From positions 1,066 to 65,065 of the forward strand of contig RFQR01000003.1 of assembly GCA_009924895.1 (NCBI GenBank): 64,000 nt of DNA, written 5' to 3'. Shown piece by piece: positions 26,083-36,155 of the stretch. The translations under genes were made by a program, and so were the position numbers. This DNA is from a bacterium (GTDB taxonomy: Bacteria; Patescibacteriota; Minisyncoccia; Phycocordibacterales; UBA2100). A model generated the notes under the pieces. The model was not told where the DNA came from and did not search any database. It was given only the letters and a program-made list of their open reading frames with translations. The number at the start of each line of letters is the position of its first letter. Positions within the stretch are counted from its first letter, which is position 1.

Positions 26083-27639
26083 GTGCCAGCAAACTTGTAC
26101 AATGCGGTTGTGGAAAAACAAAAAATTGAATCGGGGTTTGCACGCGTTTTCGGCGCACAAAGCGGTCTTCCCGGCACCCTCGTATCCGTTGAATGCGATA
26201 TCGTGAAAGGACTTCATGCATTCACGATTGTCGGACTTCCTGATAAATCAGTCGAAGAAGCAAAGGATAGGATTGCCGCTGCCATAAAAAATTCTGGACT
26301 CGAATCTCCAAAGCGAAGCAACAAAAAAATTGTGTTCTCGCTCGCTCCCGCAGCACTCAAGAAAGAAGGTGCTGCTTTTGATATTCCAATTGCAATTGCA
26401 TTTTTACTTGCATCAGAACAAATCAAATGCGATACGTCACATTCACTTTTTGCAGGCGAACTTGCGCTCGATGGGTCAGTGCGCCCCATCACCGGAGCAC
26501 TCTCAATCGCTACTGTTGCACGCGAAAACAATCTGAGTGATTTGTATGTCCCGGAAGAAAACGCCGAAGAAGTTGCACTTGTCTCAGGACTCAGAATCAT
26601 TCCCATAAAATCACTCGAAGATTTAATCAAACAACTCACCTCAACCACAAAGCGCATTTATGCGCGCAAGAAAACAACGAGTACAAAGATAACAGAGGAA
26701 AATTCCTTTGATGAAATTCGTGGACAAGAAGCAGGGAAGCGCGGCCTCATCATCGCTGCATCTGGCGCACACAACATCGCACTCTACGGTCCACCAGGCA
26801 CTGGAAAAACGCTTCTTGCACGCGCAATCGCTTCAATCCTTCCTGATCTTGATGAACGCGAAACCATCGAGGTCACCACCATTCACTCACTTGCTGGTGC
26901 GTTACACGGAGTCATGACACGGCCTCCGTTCCGCTCACCGCATCACACATCATCATACGCGTCACTGATTGGTGGCTCTGCAACACCAAAACCAGGCGAG
27001 GCTTCTCTTGCACATCGTGGCATACTCTTTTGCGATGAGTTTCCCGAGTTTAGACGTGATGTCATTCAGGCATTGCGCGAACCGCTCGAAGATCGTGTGG
27101 TTTCTGTTTCGCGTGCAAAAGGCAGTGCAATTTTCCCCGCAAACTTTATGTTGGTCGCGGCGCTCAATCCCTGTCCCTGCGGTCACTACGGAACAGGGAA
27201 GTGTCAGTGTATGCCGCACGTTGTTGAAAAATATCGCCGCAAAATTTCAGGCCCGATTGCTGATCGTATCGATATGTGGGTACACGTAAACGCGATGCCA
27301 CTTGAGAGACTTTCGCTTCAGAAAAAAAGTGTTTCGGGTGAAGGAGAGAAAGCACGCGCGTCAGTTTCTCACGCGCGAGCATTGCAGAAAAAGCGTTTCG
27401 CAAACACAAAACTTTCAACAAACACCGACATGGGACCGAAAGAGATCGAAAGTTTTGCTCAGCTTTCTAAAGAAGCAGAAGACACCCTACTCAAAGCTGC
27501 CAGCTCGCTCAAACTTTCCGCACGTGGATTTCACCGCACCATCAAACTTGCTCGTACCATTGCCGACCTCGCCGAAAGTGAATCCATTTTGGTACCTCAT
27601 ATGCTCGAAGCGCTCCAATATCGCGCAAAGGACGCCTAG
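26083..27639 (+). CDS. comM: ComM/YifB Mg-chelatase-like AAA+ ATPase (start uncertain)
   Basis: IVGLPD, LAPAALKKEG, GPPGTGKT, PFRSPHHT, DEFPEF, NPCPCG. Confidence 0.93.
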   Translation: MPANLYNAVVEKQKIESGFARVFGAQSGLPGTLVSVECDIVKGLHAFTIVGLPDKSVEEAKDRIAAAIKNSGLESPKRSNKKIVFSLAPAALKKEGAAFDIPIAIAFLLASEQIKCDTSHSLFAGELALDGSVRPITGALSIATVARENNLSDLYVPEENAEEVALVSGLRIIPIKSLEDLIKQLTSTTKRIYARKKTTSTKITEENSFDEIRGQEAGKRGLIIAASGAHNIALYGPPGTGKTLLARAIASILPDLDERETIEVTTIHSLAGALHGVMTRPPFRSPHHTSSYASLIGGSATPKPGEASLAHRGILFCDEFPEFRRDVIQALREPLEDRVVSVSRAKGSAIFPANFMLVAALNPCPCGHYGTGKCQCMPHVVEKYRRKISGPIADRIDMWVHVNAMPLERLSLQKKSVSGEGEKARASVSHARALQKKRFANTKLSTNTDMGPKEIESFAQLSKEAEDTLLKAASSLKLSARGFHRTIKLARTIADLAESESILVPHMLEALQYRAKDA

Positions 27640-27643
27640 GGCA

Positions 27644-28633
27644 TCAGTGGGTCAAATGACTGACACTGCCACCAACTCGCGTTGCCTGAAACACCGCATC
27701 TGCAAGAAGTGAGTCGATTGGCACCATAGAAAGCCATGATTTGGTATGTTTCACAAAATCTGCACTGCGAGGAATAGATGTAGAACACATGACGGGAACC
27801 TGCGCGCGTGCAAAATGCTCGAGCGAGTCGCCGCTAAAAATGCCGTGCGTTGCACACACAAACACCTCTCGCGCTCCGCGCTCTTTGAGTACACTGACCA
27901 CGCCACGGATCGTTCCGCCCGTATCAATCATGTCATCGCAGATGATAACGGTCTTACCTTCAATCGGCTCTCCCACAATTGAAACTACTTCGGAAGCATT
28001 TACTCGCGGACGCCGCTTTTCAAAAATCGCCACCGGAGCGTCACCCAACTTTTTTGCAAATCTGCGTGCGCGTACTGCTCCCCCGAAATCTGGAGCAACC
28101 ACTACAAAGTTTTCACGGGTCTTTTTAAATTGAATGAGAAATTGTTCCACAAACACATGCATACCCTGCACGTTATCAACCGGAATAGAAAAGAATCCTT
28201 GTTCTTGATCTGCGTGCATGTCAACGGTGATGATGCGTTCCACGGCGCGATTTGATTCAATGATGTCGGCAAGCATGCGGGCAGAAATCGGTACCCGTGG
28301 TTTGTGTTTGCGATCTTGTCGTAAATAGGGGATGTACGGAAGTACCAACGTGATACCAGCAACCGACGCGCGCATAAGCATATCGTTCACCAGGAGCAGT
28401 TTCACAATCGCGTCATTGGGTGACGGAAGTTGCATAGGATGAAACAAAAACACGTGCTGACGGCGCACGGTAACTGGAACATGCGGAAGCACTTCACCGT
28501 TTGCAAATGGTTCGTACTCCACTCTGTAGTGCGGAAGTTGTATCCGATATTTTTTTGCAAGGATTTTCAAAACACTCGCAGCAGTTTCATGCATTCCTTC
28601 GGTCGAGACGATAACGAATGGGCTAGTTTTCAT
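27644..28633 (-). CDS. prs: Ribose-phosphate pyrophosphokinase
   Basis: FANGE, PYIPYLRQDRK, VAPDFG, DDMIDTGGT, ATHGIFS. Confidence 0.94.
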   Translation of the reverse strand: MKTSPFVIVSTEGMHETAASVLKILAKKYRIQLPHYRVEYEPFANGEVLPHVPVTVRRQHVFLFHPMQLPSPNDAIVKLLLVNDMLMRASVAGITLVLPYIPYLRQDRKHKPRVPISARMLADIIESNRAVERIITVDMHADQEQGFFSIPVDNVQGMHVFVEQFLIQFKKTRENFVVVAPDFGGAVRARRFAKKLGDAPVAIFEKRRPRVNASEVVSIVGEPIEGKTVIICDDMIDTGGTIRGVVSVLKERGAREVFVCATHGIFSGDSLEHFARAQVPVMCSTSIPRSADFVKHTKSWLSMVPIDSLLADAVFQATRVGGSVSHLTH

Positions 28634-28744
28634 ACCCGTATGGTACACGAAGCATCGCCAAAGGGGGAGCGGTAATCGAAGTAAGGGGAATCTATCCCCC
28701 ACAACAGAATTGTGCAGTGTCAGTGAGGTGGTATCCTGAGAGGC

Positions 28745-30631
28745 ATGGCAATTGATACTACTCCTACCACAGACGCTCCGAAAAAATCTCGCGTTGAAGA
28801 ACTAATGGAAACAACAAGAGACCGTTCTCGTGAACAGGCGCGCATGAGTGCAAGCATGGACAGCTTACCCGGAAACAATCGATGGACAGAGAGACTAGGG
28901 GTTGCAACTCGTGGCCGTCTCTCAGCGTTTCGCACGTGGGCAGGAACGATAAAAGATCGCAATTTTGCTCACTGGCATGCCGGGACCGCAGGTGCACTTG
29001 AAGGTAAACTTGGCACTTTAGAACTCGACACAGAAAAACTCGAAAAAAAACTACTCCAAATACAAATGAAGCGAGATACGCTCATGATAAAAAATGAGGG
29101 CAGAAATAAGATTTTTCAGTGGTGGACCAATAACGTTACGCTTCCTGGCCTCGCACAGGATGAAAGTGCAACACAAGACTCACTTCAAGTTACTCGCAGC
29201 GAAGCCGAAGCGGTAAAACTTCTAATTCAACGAGCCCGAGACAAGGAAAGTAAACACGACCGGAGAATCAACTCGATAGCTGAGAAGCATTCAAAATCTC
29301 TCCGCGATCAGCTCGCCATTGTGGAAGTTAAAAAACGCACCTTAGACGCTGAAGCTGAGAAGTACGGAAACATCATCCGAGAGTACGAAGAAGGCATCGC
29401 CGCCATGCGTGGAAAAATGCTCCAGGGTCAGGCAGTGTTACTGGGGAGAAAGGACTTTACAGAAGCGCAGCGAACTCAGGCGCGCAATGTTCTAAGAGAA
29501 TTAAACCGCAAGATTCTTCGCGCCGAAGCATCCCTAGAAACAGAGAAAAAGGCCTACCAATCGTGCGAAGAGCATCGTTCTCGTGTGGCGCGCAGCCACA
29601 TGCTTCTTTAGAGTGAAATCAGTCGAGTTGTAGGTGGATATGCCCGTGAAGTGGCAAACGCATCAACTATTCCGCACACTGAAGCCGGAAATACTGCGAT
29701 GGAGGCGCAACGAAGCAGGGCGGGAATGGAGTTTTTTGATCAATTGGCAACTGAAAACAACATCACTGACCCCAACGCGGCACGAAGTCGCCCCGGACAG
29801 CAAGGCCCAGACACAGCTCGTCCACGCGCACAAAACGAAACAACCCCTCGACAATCCTCACCGAATCCTCCCGAATGGCAGCTAGGTCCCCAAGAAATAT
29901 TAAATGGTTCGGACCCAAACAGAGAGGATGGACCACCCGTCGCGGAAGAGAGGATTGAAAGGGTTGTCCCACCCGTACGTCAACGTAAAGAAATACCAAC
30001 CCGTGTTCCACCACGCAGACAGGAGAGAACCCAAACACGAGCAGACGCGGTGGAAATTCCTGATGCACAGGCGTTAGTACAAAAGGCACGTAGCGACCGC
30101 GACAAGGGAATAGGTTCATTTGTTAAAACACTGTTTGGTAAAGGCTGGCTCTGGGGAGAGGGTGCATTTTGGAAAAGGAAACCTGCGCGTACTATAGATG
30201 CGCCTCGCCAAGTACCTGCAAATGGCGATGACAATGCCACCAATGCGGTAGCGAACCGGACATCGGATTCGACAAGAGCCGCAGGCACTGAAAGAACGCA
30301 AGCTGATTATGGGAAGATCGTAAGTTTCAACAAGGAAGACTTGTCAGTTGAAACTCAAATTTCTCTTATTAACAAGATATTCAATGAATCCTTCAAAGAC
30401 ACGGGAGCATTCATAAGCCATTTCAACCCTAATTTTAAGGCAGAAGAATACACTTTTAACAGTATGAGCGGCAAGGATTTTGCTGATGCACTGAGAGATA
30501 TGGCTACACAATCAATCAGCACAGCTTATAGTGGGGGAGGGGAAGCGAACTTCTGGAAATATCTGCGAGAAAAGGGAATATCATCATCTGAACTTTCTGA
30601 CAAATTGGCGAAGGCTTTTTATCAATCCTAA
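28745..30631 (+). pseudogene. Large coiled-coil plus disordered hypothetical protein split by one in-frame TAG
   Basis: ORFs 28745..29611 and 29651..30631 are in the same frame and read HMLL*SEISRVVGGYAREVA. Confidence 0.55.
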
Positions 30632-30640
30632 ATTCTCATC

Positions 30641-30874
30641 ATGACCACGAACCCCGACATGACAACTAATGAATTGCTCGCTTCTCTCAGCGAGCTTGAT
30701 TGTGAGATTGATTCTACAGTGACGAAATTCGAGCAAGATACTACTGCTACCCGCTCAACACTGAATGAACGTTTTGCAGACGCAGATAAGGCGTTAGAAG
30801 ATTTTGTAGAGGAAATTAGCATCACAAGCGATCTAACACCTGTCAGTGAAACAGAGGAAGACCTTACAAAATAA
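30641..30874 (+). CDS. Small acidic hypothetical protein
   Basis: 77-aa ORF, D/E/T rich, 9 nt after the preceding stop. Confidence 0.6.
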   Translation: MTTNPDMTTNELLASLSELDCEIDSTVTKFEQDTTATRSTLNERFADADKALEDFVEEISITSDLTPVSETEEDLTK

Positions 30875-30923
30875 ATGCTCGCACGAGGGTCATTACGTAG
30901 TGAAAAAGATTGTGATTCATAGA

Positions 30924-31955
30924 TTATCGGGCAAATGGGTTGCGGGGACCGTTACGGACCTCAAAGTGAAGGTGGGGGCCCGTTGAGCGACCGGTGTTGC
31001 CTACATAACCAATCACCTGACCCTGTACGACATTTTCACCAACACCAACGACAATTCGCGACTGGTGCGCATAGAGGGTCTGCGAGCCGTTGTCATGCTG
31101 GATGACTACGTAGTTGCCATACCCACCATTCCATCCACCTTGGCGCGCAACGATGACTTCACCATCTGCTGAAGCCATAATTGGCGTACCTATCGAATTA
31201 CCCATGTCAACGCCGTTAAAGCCGTGCAATCCCTGTGTCAGAGTATAGCGTGCAAGCGGCGCCGCATAGTAAGCGTTTTCCGCAAGAGTCCCAATAGGAC
31301 CTACGTCATGTGGTGTATTTGTTCTCGGTTTCTGGGGCTTTGCGGGGCGCGTTACGACTGGTATCGGCACTTCCGCATCGGGAATGGTAATCACTTTTCC
31401 TGGGGTGAGCACCTCGCCAAGCTCGTTGTAATTCACGATTTCATCAGCATCTGCCTTAAATGTCTTTGCAATTGATGCGATGGTATCACCTTTTTTCACC
31501 GTGTACGTGATACCTGAAACTGGTAATATAGTGAGTGTATCACCCACCTTGAGCGGCGCCCCCGGCGCAAGGTTATTTGCCCATCGAATCGTATTTACAC
31601 TGACATCAAAGAGCTTTGCGATTCCTGAAATAGTGTCTCCCTGCTTCACAACGTAGATACTGATTTGTGAGTTGCGCGGTCGTTCGAGATCGGCAACGGT
31701 CCCGACCGGACCTTCGTCAGGAACGAGCGCCGAATCGCCCACAATCGTTAAATCACCCCCGCCTTGGGCTGGCGAAGGGTCAATGTTACTTGCAGGGCGC
31801 GCAAGAGGCATGGTTTGCACGGTTTCGGTGCGACTTTGCGGCTGATTTTTGAGCCCGAGAGAGGTCAAAATGTCTGAAATCACACCCGCATGAACAGACG
31901 CAGGGAGGAAGCTCCCGATGAGAAGAAGGGCAGAGATGAGTGGAGCACTACGCAC
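30924..31955 (-). CDS. 2x LysM + M23 peptidase (peptidoglycan endopeptidase)
   Basis: YVVKQGDT and YTVKKGDT LysM repeats; HGFNGVD, YAH, STGPHLHFEV. Confidence 0.93.
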   Translation of the reverse strand: MRSAPLISALLLIGSFLPASVHAGVISDILTSLGLKNQPQSRTETVQTMPLARPASNIDPSPAQGGGDLTIVGDSALVPDEGPVGTVADLERPRNSQISIYVVKQGDTISGIAKLFDVSVNTIRWANNLAPGAPLKVGDTLTILPVSGITYTVKKGDTIASIAKTFKADADEIVNYNELGEVLTPGKVITIPDAEVPIPVVTRPAKPQKPRTNTPHDVGPIGTLAENAYYAAPLARYTLTQGLHGFNGVDMGNSIGTPIMASADGEVIVARQGGWNGGYGNYVVIQHDNGSQTLYAHQSRIVVGVGENVVQGQVIGYVGNTGRSTGPHLHFEVRNGPRNPFAR

Positions 31956-32250
31956 AGCAGAAGCCTCTCTCGTATGTGCCCTCGAGGAGCGGAATTTCCG
32001 CTCTCGAGAGGATGGTTGTATGAGTTGTATAAGCCTCAGTAAATACGGGCACCCGAAACGGTATAAACTGTAATCCTTGGCTTAATAGAAGGCTTTTTTA
32101 GTGCTTTCTACTCCAGGACCGAGCGTGTCAGAGGGGTACCAGTAGGTCCACTGTAGCCTTTTTAACGCTTTCGAGTCAATAGAGTATTTATTTCACAATT
32201 GTATAACTAATTGTCAATTTTTTGACCCCTCCATGGGGTATACTGCCCCC

Positions 32251-35200
32251 ATGTCAGACCATCTTCAGGCCCTCAACAGCGCCCAAAGGCAAGCGGCTGA
32301 ACATCTCCACGGCCCCCTCCTTATCGTCGCCGGGGCGGGGGCGGGAAAAACGAAAACCGTCACGCATCGCATAGCAAATCTCATTGCACACGGGGTGCCA
32401 GGCCACTCTATACTTGCCCTAACCTTTACGAACAAGGCCGCGGGGGAGATGAAGGAGCGCGTATACAAACTCCTTACTGGTACGGGGGGTGGCGTACCCT
32501 TTGTCGCAACATTCCATACTCTCGGGGTACGCCTTTTACGTGAATTCCATGTTGAAGCCCGGGTCCCCAAGCATTTCAGTATCTGGGATCGTGATGACTC
32601 GCTCCGTGCCACGAAGCGTATCTTGAAAGAGATGGGGGACGAAAAGAGCGCTCCTCGTACCATTTTTGGCGCACTGTCGAAGGCGAAGGGTCTTGGGAAA
32701 ACGATTCAAGAATACCGGGACGAGAGCTCGAGCTACTTTCGAGACCAAGTTGTACGAGTATGGGAGAAATACGAAACGACATTACATGAAGAAGGCGCAC
32801 TTGATTTTGAGGATTTACTTGTTCGCACCCGAAACCTCTTGCGCGACAACACCCATGTGCGCTCCCTCCTCAATCACCGCTGGCAATTTATCACGATCGA
32901 TGAGTATCAGGATACCAACGCAATCCAGTATGATATTGCTCGTCTTCTGGCCGGAGAAAAGATGAATTTGTGTGTCGTGGGCGACGTGGATCAATGCCTC
33001 GTTGAGGGTACACCAGTAACCATGGCAGACCAGACTCTAAAAAATATTGAGGAGATAAAAAGAGGCGACTGGGTCTTATCAAATTACGGACAGGGTTCTT
33101 TGCGTCCGGCACAGGTGCTCTCTACTCGAGCGCATACGACAAAAAAAATTGTGCGCATCACGTTTCAGAACGGAGATCACCTTGAAAGTACGCCGGAACA
33201 TATTCATTTTGCCGGTTATAAACTAGGATTGACTACTCAAACATATTTTACGTATCTCATGCACAAAAGAGGAAAGGGTTTCCGCCTTGGAGTATCCCAG
33301 GTATACACTCGGGGACAGAAACAAGCAGTGGTTGGATTTGTGCAACGATGCAACCAGGAGCATGCAGACGGTGTGTGGATTATTGAAACCCACAACAGCA
33401 TCCAAAAAGCGCGCGTTGCTGAGTATGTGCTGTCGCTCAAATACAAGATTCCTACACTACCTTTTGTTGCACGCAAAGGTGGAAGTACGAATGGATATGT
33501 ACATGACCAAACCGTTCTTGACGAGGTATTTGAACGCCTCGAAACCGAGAGCGCAGGAGAAGCACTCTTACACGATGCCGGATTATACAAAGAGTTTCCT
33601 CATCACGCGCCACGCTCTCGCGCTAGTAGCCGCAGGAATATGGTTATAACATTGTGCGCGAGTTCTCGCGGTAAAACGCCAATGCACACTATTTCGATAG
33701 TTGGTAACGATGCACAAGGAAAAAAAGATTTATTGGCACTTGGGTTTTCAGTGCGTCCTGCAAAAAAAGGTTCAGAAAGCTGGCGGTTTGAAACCGCGCA
33801 CGCGTCTTTTGACGACGTCATGTCTCGAGTCCAAAAAGTACTGTCCTTATGGCCAGATGCTCACATCATTAAAACTGCTCGACTTGGCGGCAAGAAGGAC
33901 AAACCTAAAGACGGTAATTCACTACCCTTTACTCCCGCATCTTCGGTACGCGCCGGTATGGTGCTCTTTAGAGCTGATGGAGGATATGAAACGGTACAGA
34001 GCGTTGAGACGATAGAAGCAAAACGATCGGTGTACGATCTCAACATCACCCCCACACACAACTTTATCGCGCACGGCATCGTGACCCATAACTGTATTTA
34101 CTCATGGAGAAATGCTGACATTGGGAACCTGCTCTTGTTTGAAAAAACTTTTCCTGGCACCAAAACCGTAACACTTGAGGAAAACTATCGTTCAACACGC
34201 ACCATTCTTGCCGCAGCAAACGGTGTGATAGAAAAAAATGTGCGACGAGTGCCAAAAAAACTCTTCACCCACAACGATACCGGCGAAGCAATTGTGGTCT
34301 ACGGGGCAGGGGACGAGACCGGAGAGGCTTTGTTTGTTGCAGGAGAAGCCGCGCGACTGGTGCGAGAGGGTGTGCGTCCGCACTCCATCGCCGTTCTCTA
34401 CCGTCAAAATTTTCAATCGCGCGCACTTGAAGAAGCCTTTTTACGTCTCAGGCTTCCATATCATGTTCTGGGGACACGCTTCTTCGAACGAGCAGAGGTA
34501 AAAGACGTGCTTTCATATCTGCGTGCAGCATTAAATCCCACAAGCGTGAACGATATTTCACGTATTATCTCCTCTCCACCGCGCGGCATCGGTAAGCAAA
34601 CGCTCGAAAAAATGTTTGCAAAGCAGGAGGCCTCGCTCCCCGCTGCAGCTCGAGGAAAAATCGCTGCATTTCGCGCCTCGCTCGAGAAAGTCCGTCATGC
34701 GTGCCTCACGCTACCACCATCAGAAACGGTTCGATTTGCGATAGAGGAGAGCGGTCTTGAAAAGCACTGGAGCGGAGATGACGAAGAATCAAAAGAGCGC
34801 CTTGGTAACATGCGCGAACTGGTAAACCTTGCGACCCGCTATGACCATGAGACACCCGAGGAGGGAATCGCGCACCTCTTAGAAGAAGCGGCGCTCCAGA
34901 GCGAGCAAGATACGTTGAAAGAAGAGGGCGGCATGATATCGCTTATGACCATTCACGCCTCCAAGGGACTCGAGTTTGATGCAGTATTTGTGACGGGACT
35001 CGAACAGGGACTTTTTCCCAATGAGCCGCGCGAGGAAGACATCGATCGCGATGAAGAAGAGGAACGTAGGCTCTTTTATGTCGCACTCACCCGTGCGCGC
35101 AAACATGCGTATCTGACATATGCCCGCTCGCGCATGAAATACGGTTCCCGCGAGAGTGCATTCCCTTCAGAATTTATTGCCGATATCGATGAACGCCTTG

Positions 35201-35283
35201 TGGAGGATCGCACCCCTGTTGAAGTAAAGAAGTTTTCTGGCTTTCGAGGATTTCTTGATGACGACGAGGACATTATTCGCTGA
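32251..35283 (+). CDS. pcrA: PcrA/UvrD DNA helicase precursor containing an intein
   Basis: AGAGAGKT, TFTNKAA, DEYQD, VGDVDQ|intein|CIYSWR, NYRS, TIHASKGLEF, EEERRLFYVALTRA. Confidence 0.93.
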   Translation: MSDHLQALNSAQRQAAEHLHGPLLIVAGAGAGKTKTVTHRIANLIAHGVPGHSILALTFTNKAAGEMKERVYKLLTGTGGGVPFVATFHTLGVRLLREFHVEARVPKHFSIWDRDDSLRATKRILKEMGDEKSAPRTIFGALSKAKGLGKTIQEYRDESSSYFRDQVVRVWEKYETTLHEEGALDFEDLLVRTRNLLRDNTHVRSLLNHRWQFITIDEYQDTNAIQYDIARLLAGEKMNLCVVGDVDQCLVEGTPVTMADQTLKNIEEIKRGDWVLSNYGQGSLRPAQVLSTRAHTTKKIVRITFQNGDHLESTPEHIHFAGYKLGLTTQTYFTYLMHKRGKGFRLGVSQVYTRGQKQAVVGFVQRCNQEHADGVWIIETHNSIQKARVAEYVLSLKYKIPTLPFVARKGGSTNGYVHDQTVLDEVFERLETESAGEALLHDAGLYKEFPHHAPRSRASSRRNMVITLCASSRGKTPMHTISIVGNDAQGKKDLLALGFSVRPAKKGSESWRFETAHASFDDVMSRVQKVLSLWPDAHIIKTARLGGKKDKPKDGNSLPFTPASSVRAGMVLFRADGGYETVQSVETIEAKRSVYDLNITPTHNFIAHGIVTHNCIYSWRNADIGNLLLFEKTFPGTKTVTLEENYRSTRTILAAANGVIEKNVRRVPKKLFTHNDTGEAIVVYGAGDETGEALFVAGEAARLVREGVRPHSIAVLYRQNFQSRALEEAFLRLRLPYHVLGTRFFERAEVKDVLSYLRAALNPTSVNDISRIISSPPRGIGKQTLEKMFAKQEASLPAAARGKIAAFRASLEKVRHACLTLPPSETVRFAIEESGLEKHWSGDDEESKERLGNMRELVNLATRYDHETPEEGIAHLLEEAALQSEQDTLKEEGGMISLMTIHASKGLEFDAVFVTGLEQGLFPNEPREEDIDRDEEEERRLFYVALTRARKHAYLTYARSRMKYGSRESAFPSEFIADIDERLVEDRTPVEVKKFSGFRGFLDDDEDIIR
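32995..34092 (+). mobile_element. Intein (366 aa) in helicase motif III
   Basis: Starts CLVEGT, block B STPEH, ends VYDLNI..THNFIAHGIVTHN followed by Cys. Confidence 0.93.
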
Positions 35284-35300
35284 TTCCCAATGATTGCAAT

Positions 35301-35336
35301 GTTGCTATTTATTCACGGTCGTGAATAAATAGCAAC
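35301..35336. repeat. Perfect 17-bp inverted repeat
   Basis: GTTGCTATTTATTCACG-GT-CGTGAATAAATAGCAAC. Confidence 0.8.
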
Positions 35337-35372
35337 TTAGTCGAACGCTTCTAGTGTGATACCGTACTGCAG

Positions 35373-36155
35373 ATGGGTGCGCGTTTAGGACAACATTTTC
35401 TCACTTCTGAAGGAGCGGCACATTCGTTGGTGAACGCGTTGCCGCTGCAAACGGGGGATACGATTGTTGAAATTGGGCCAGGAAAAGGAGCACTTACCAA
35501 AGTACTACTAAAAACGGGGAACCGAGTGGTCGCGATTGAAAAAGACGAGTTGCTTGCCGAGACGCTACACGAAACGTTTCGTGCTGAATGTGCTGCGGCG
35601 CAGTTACAGATTGTTACCGGAGATGTGCGTGATTTTGATCCACAGCAACACACAAGGGGTCCTTATGTACTTGCTGCGAATATTCCCTACTACATTACGG
35701 GCGAGATACTACGAATGTTTCTCACCGCATCGAAACAGCCGCACGCGATGGCACTTTTAATGCAAAAAGAGGTGGCGGAACGCATTGTGGCACGAGACAA
35801 AAAAGAGAGCCTGTTATCGCTTTCGGTGAAAGCGTACGGCACGCCAAAGATTGTGGCAAAAGTGAAACGGGGATCGTTTTCACCGCCGCCAAAAGTCGAC
35901 TCAGCGATTCTTCTCATTGATACAATTTCTCGTGATTTTTTTACTTCCATTTCTGAGAACGAATTTTTTGAGGTGCTGCATGCGGGTTTTGCCGCAAAGC
36001 GGAAGCAACTCGGCGGCGCACTCGAAAAAGTGTTTGGCACAAGAGCGCGAGAGGCACTCGGTCAATGCAGCATATCAGAAAAAGCCCGGGCAGAAGATCT
36101 ATCTCTTGAGCAGTGGAAAAAACTCACAGAGACTTTATCTTCCTGGGGTCGGTGA
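35373..36155 (+). CDS. rsmA: 16S rRNA m6(2)A dimethyltransferase
   Basis: LGQHFL, EIGPGKGALT, ANIPYYIT, QKEVAER, FSPPPKVDSA. Confidence 0.95.
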   Translation: MGARLGQHFLTSEGAAHSLVNALPLQTGDTIVEIGPGKGALTKVLLKTGNRVVAIEKDELLAETLHETFRAECAAAQLQIVTGDVRDFDPQQHTRGPYVLAANIPYYITGEILRMFLTASKQPHAMALLMQKEVAERIVARDKKESLLSLSVKAYGTPKIVAKVKRGSFSPPPKVDSAILLIDTISRDFFTSISENEFFEVLHAGFAAKRKQLGGALEKVFGTRAREALGQCSISEKARAEDLSLEQWKKLTETLSSWGR

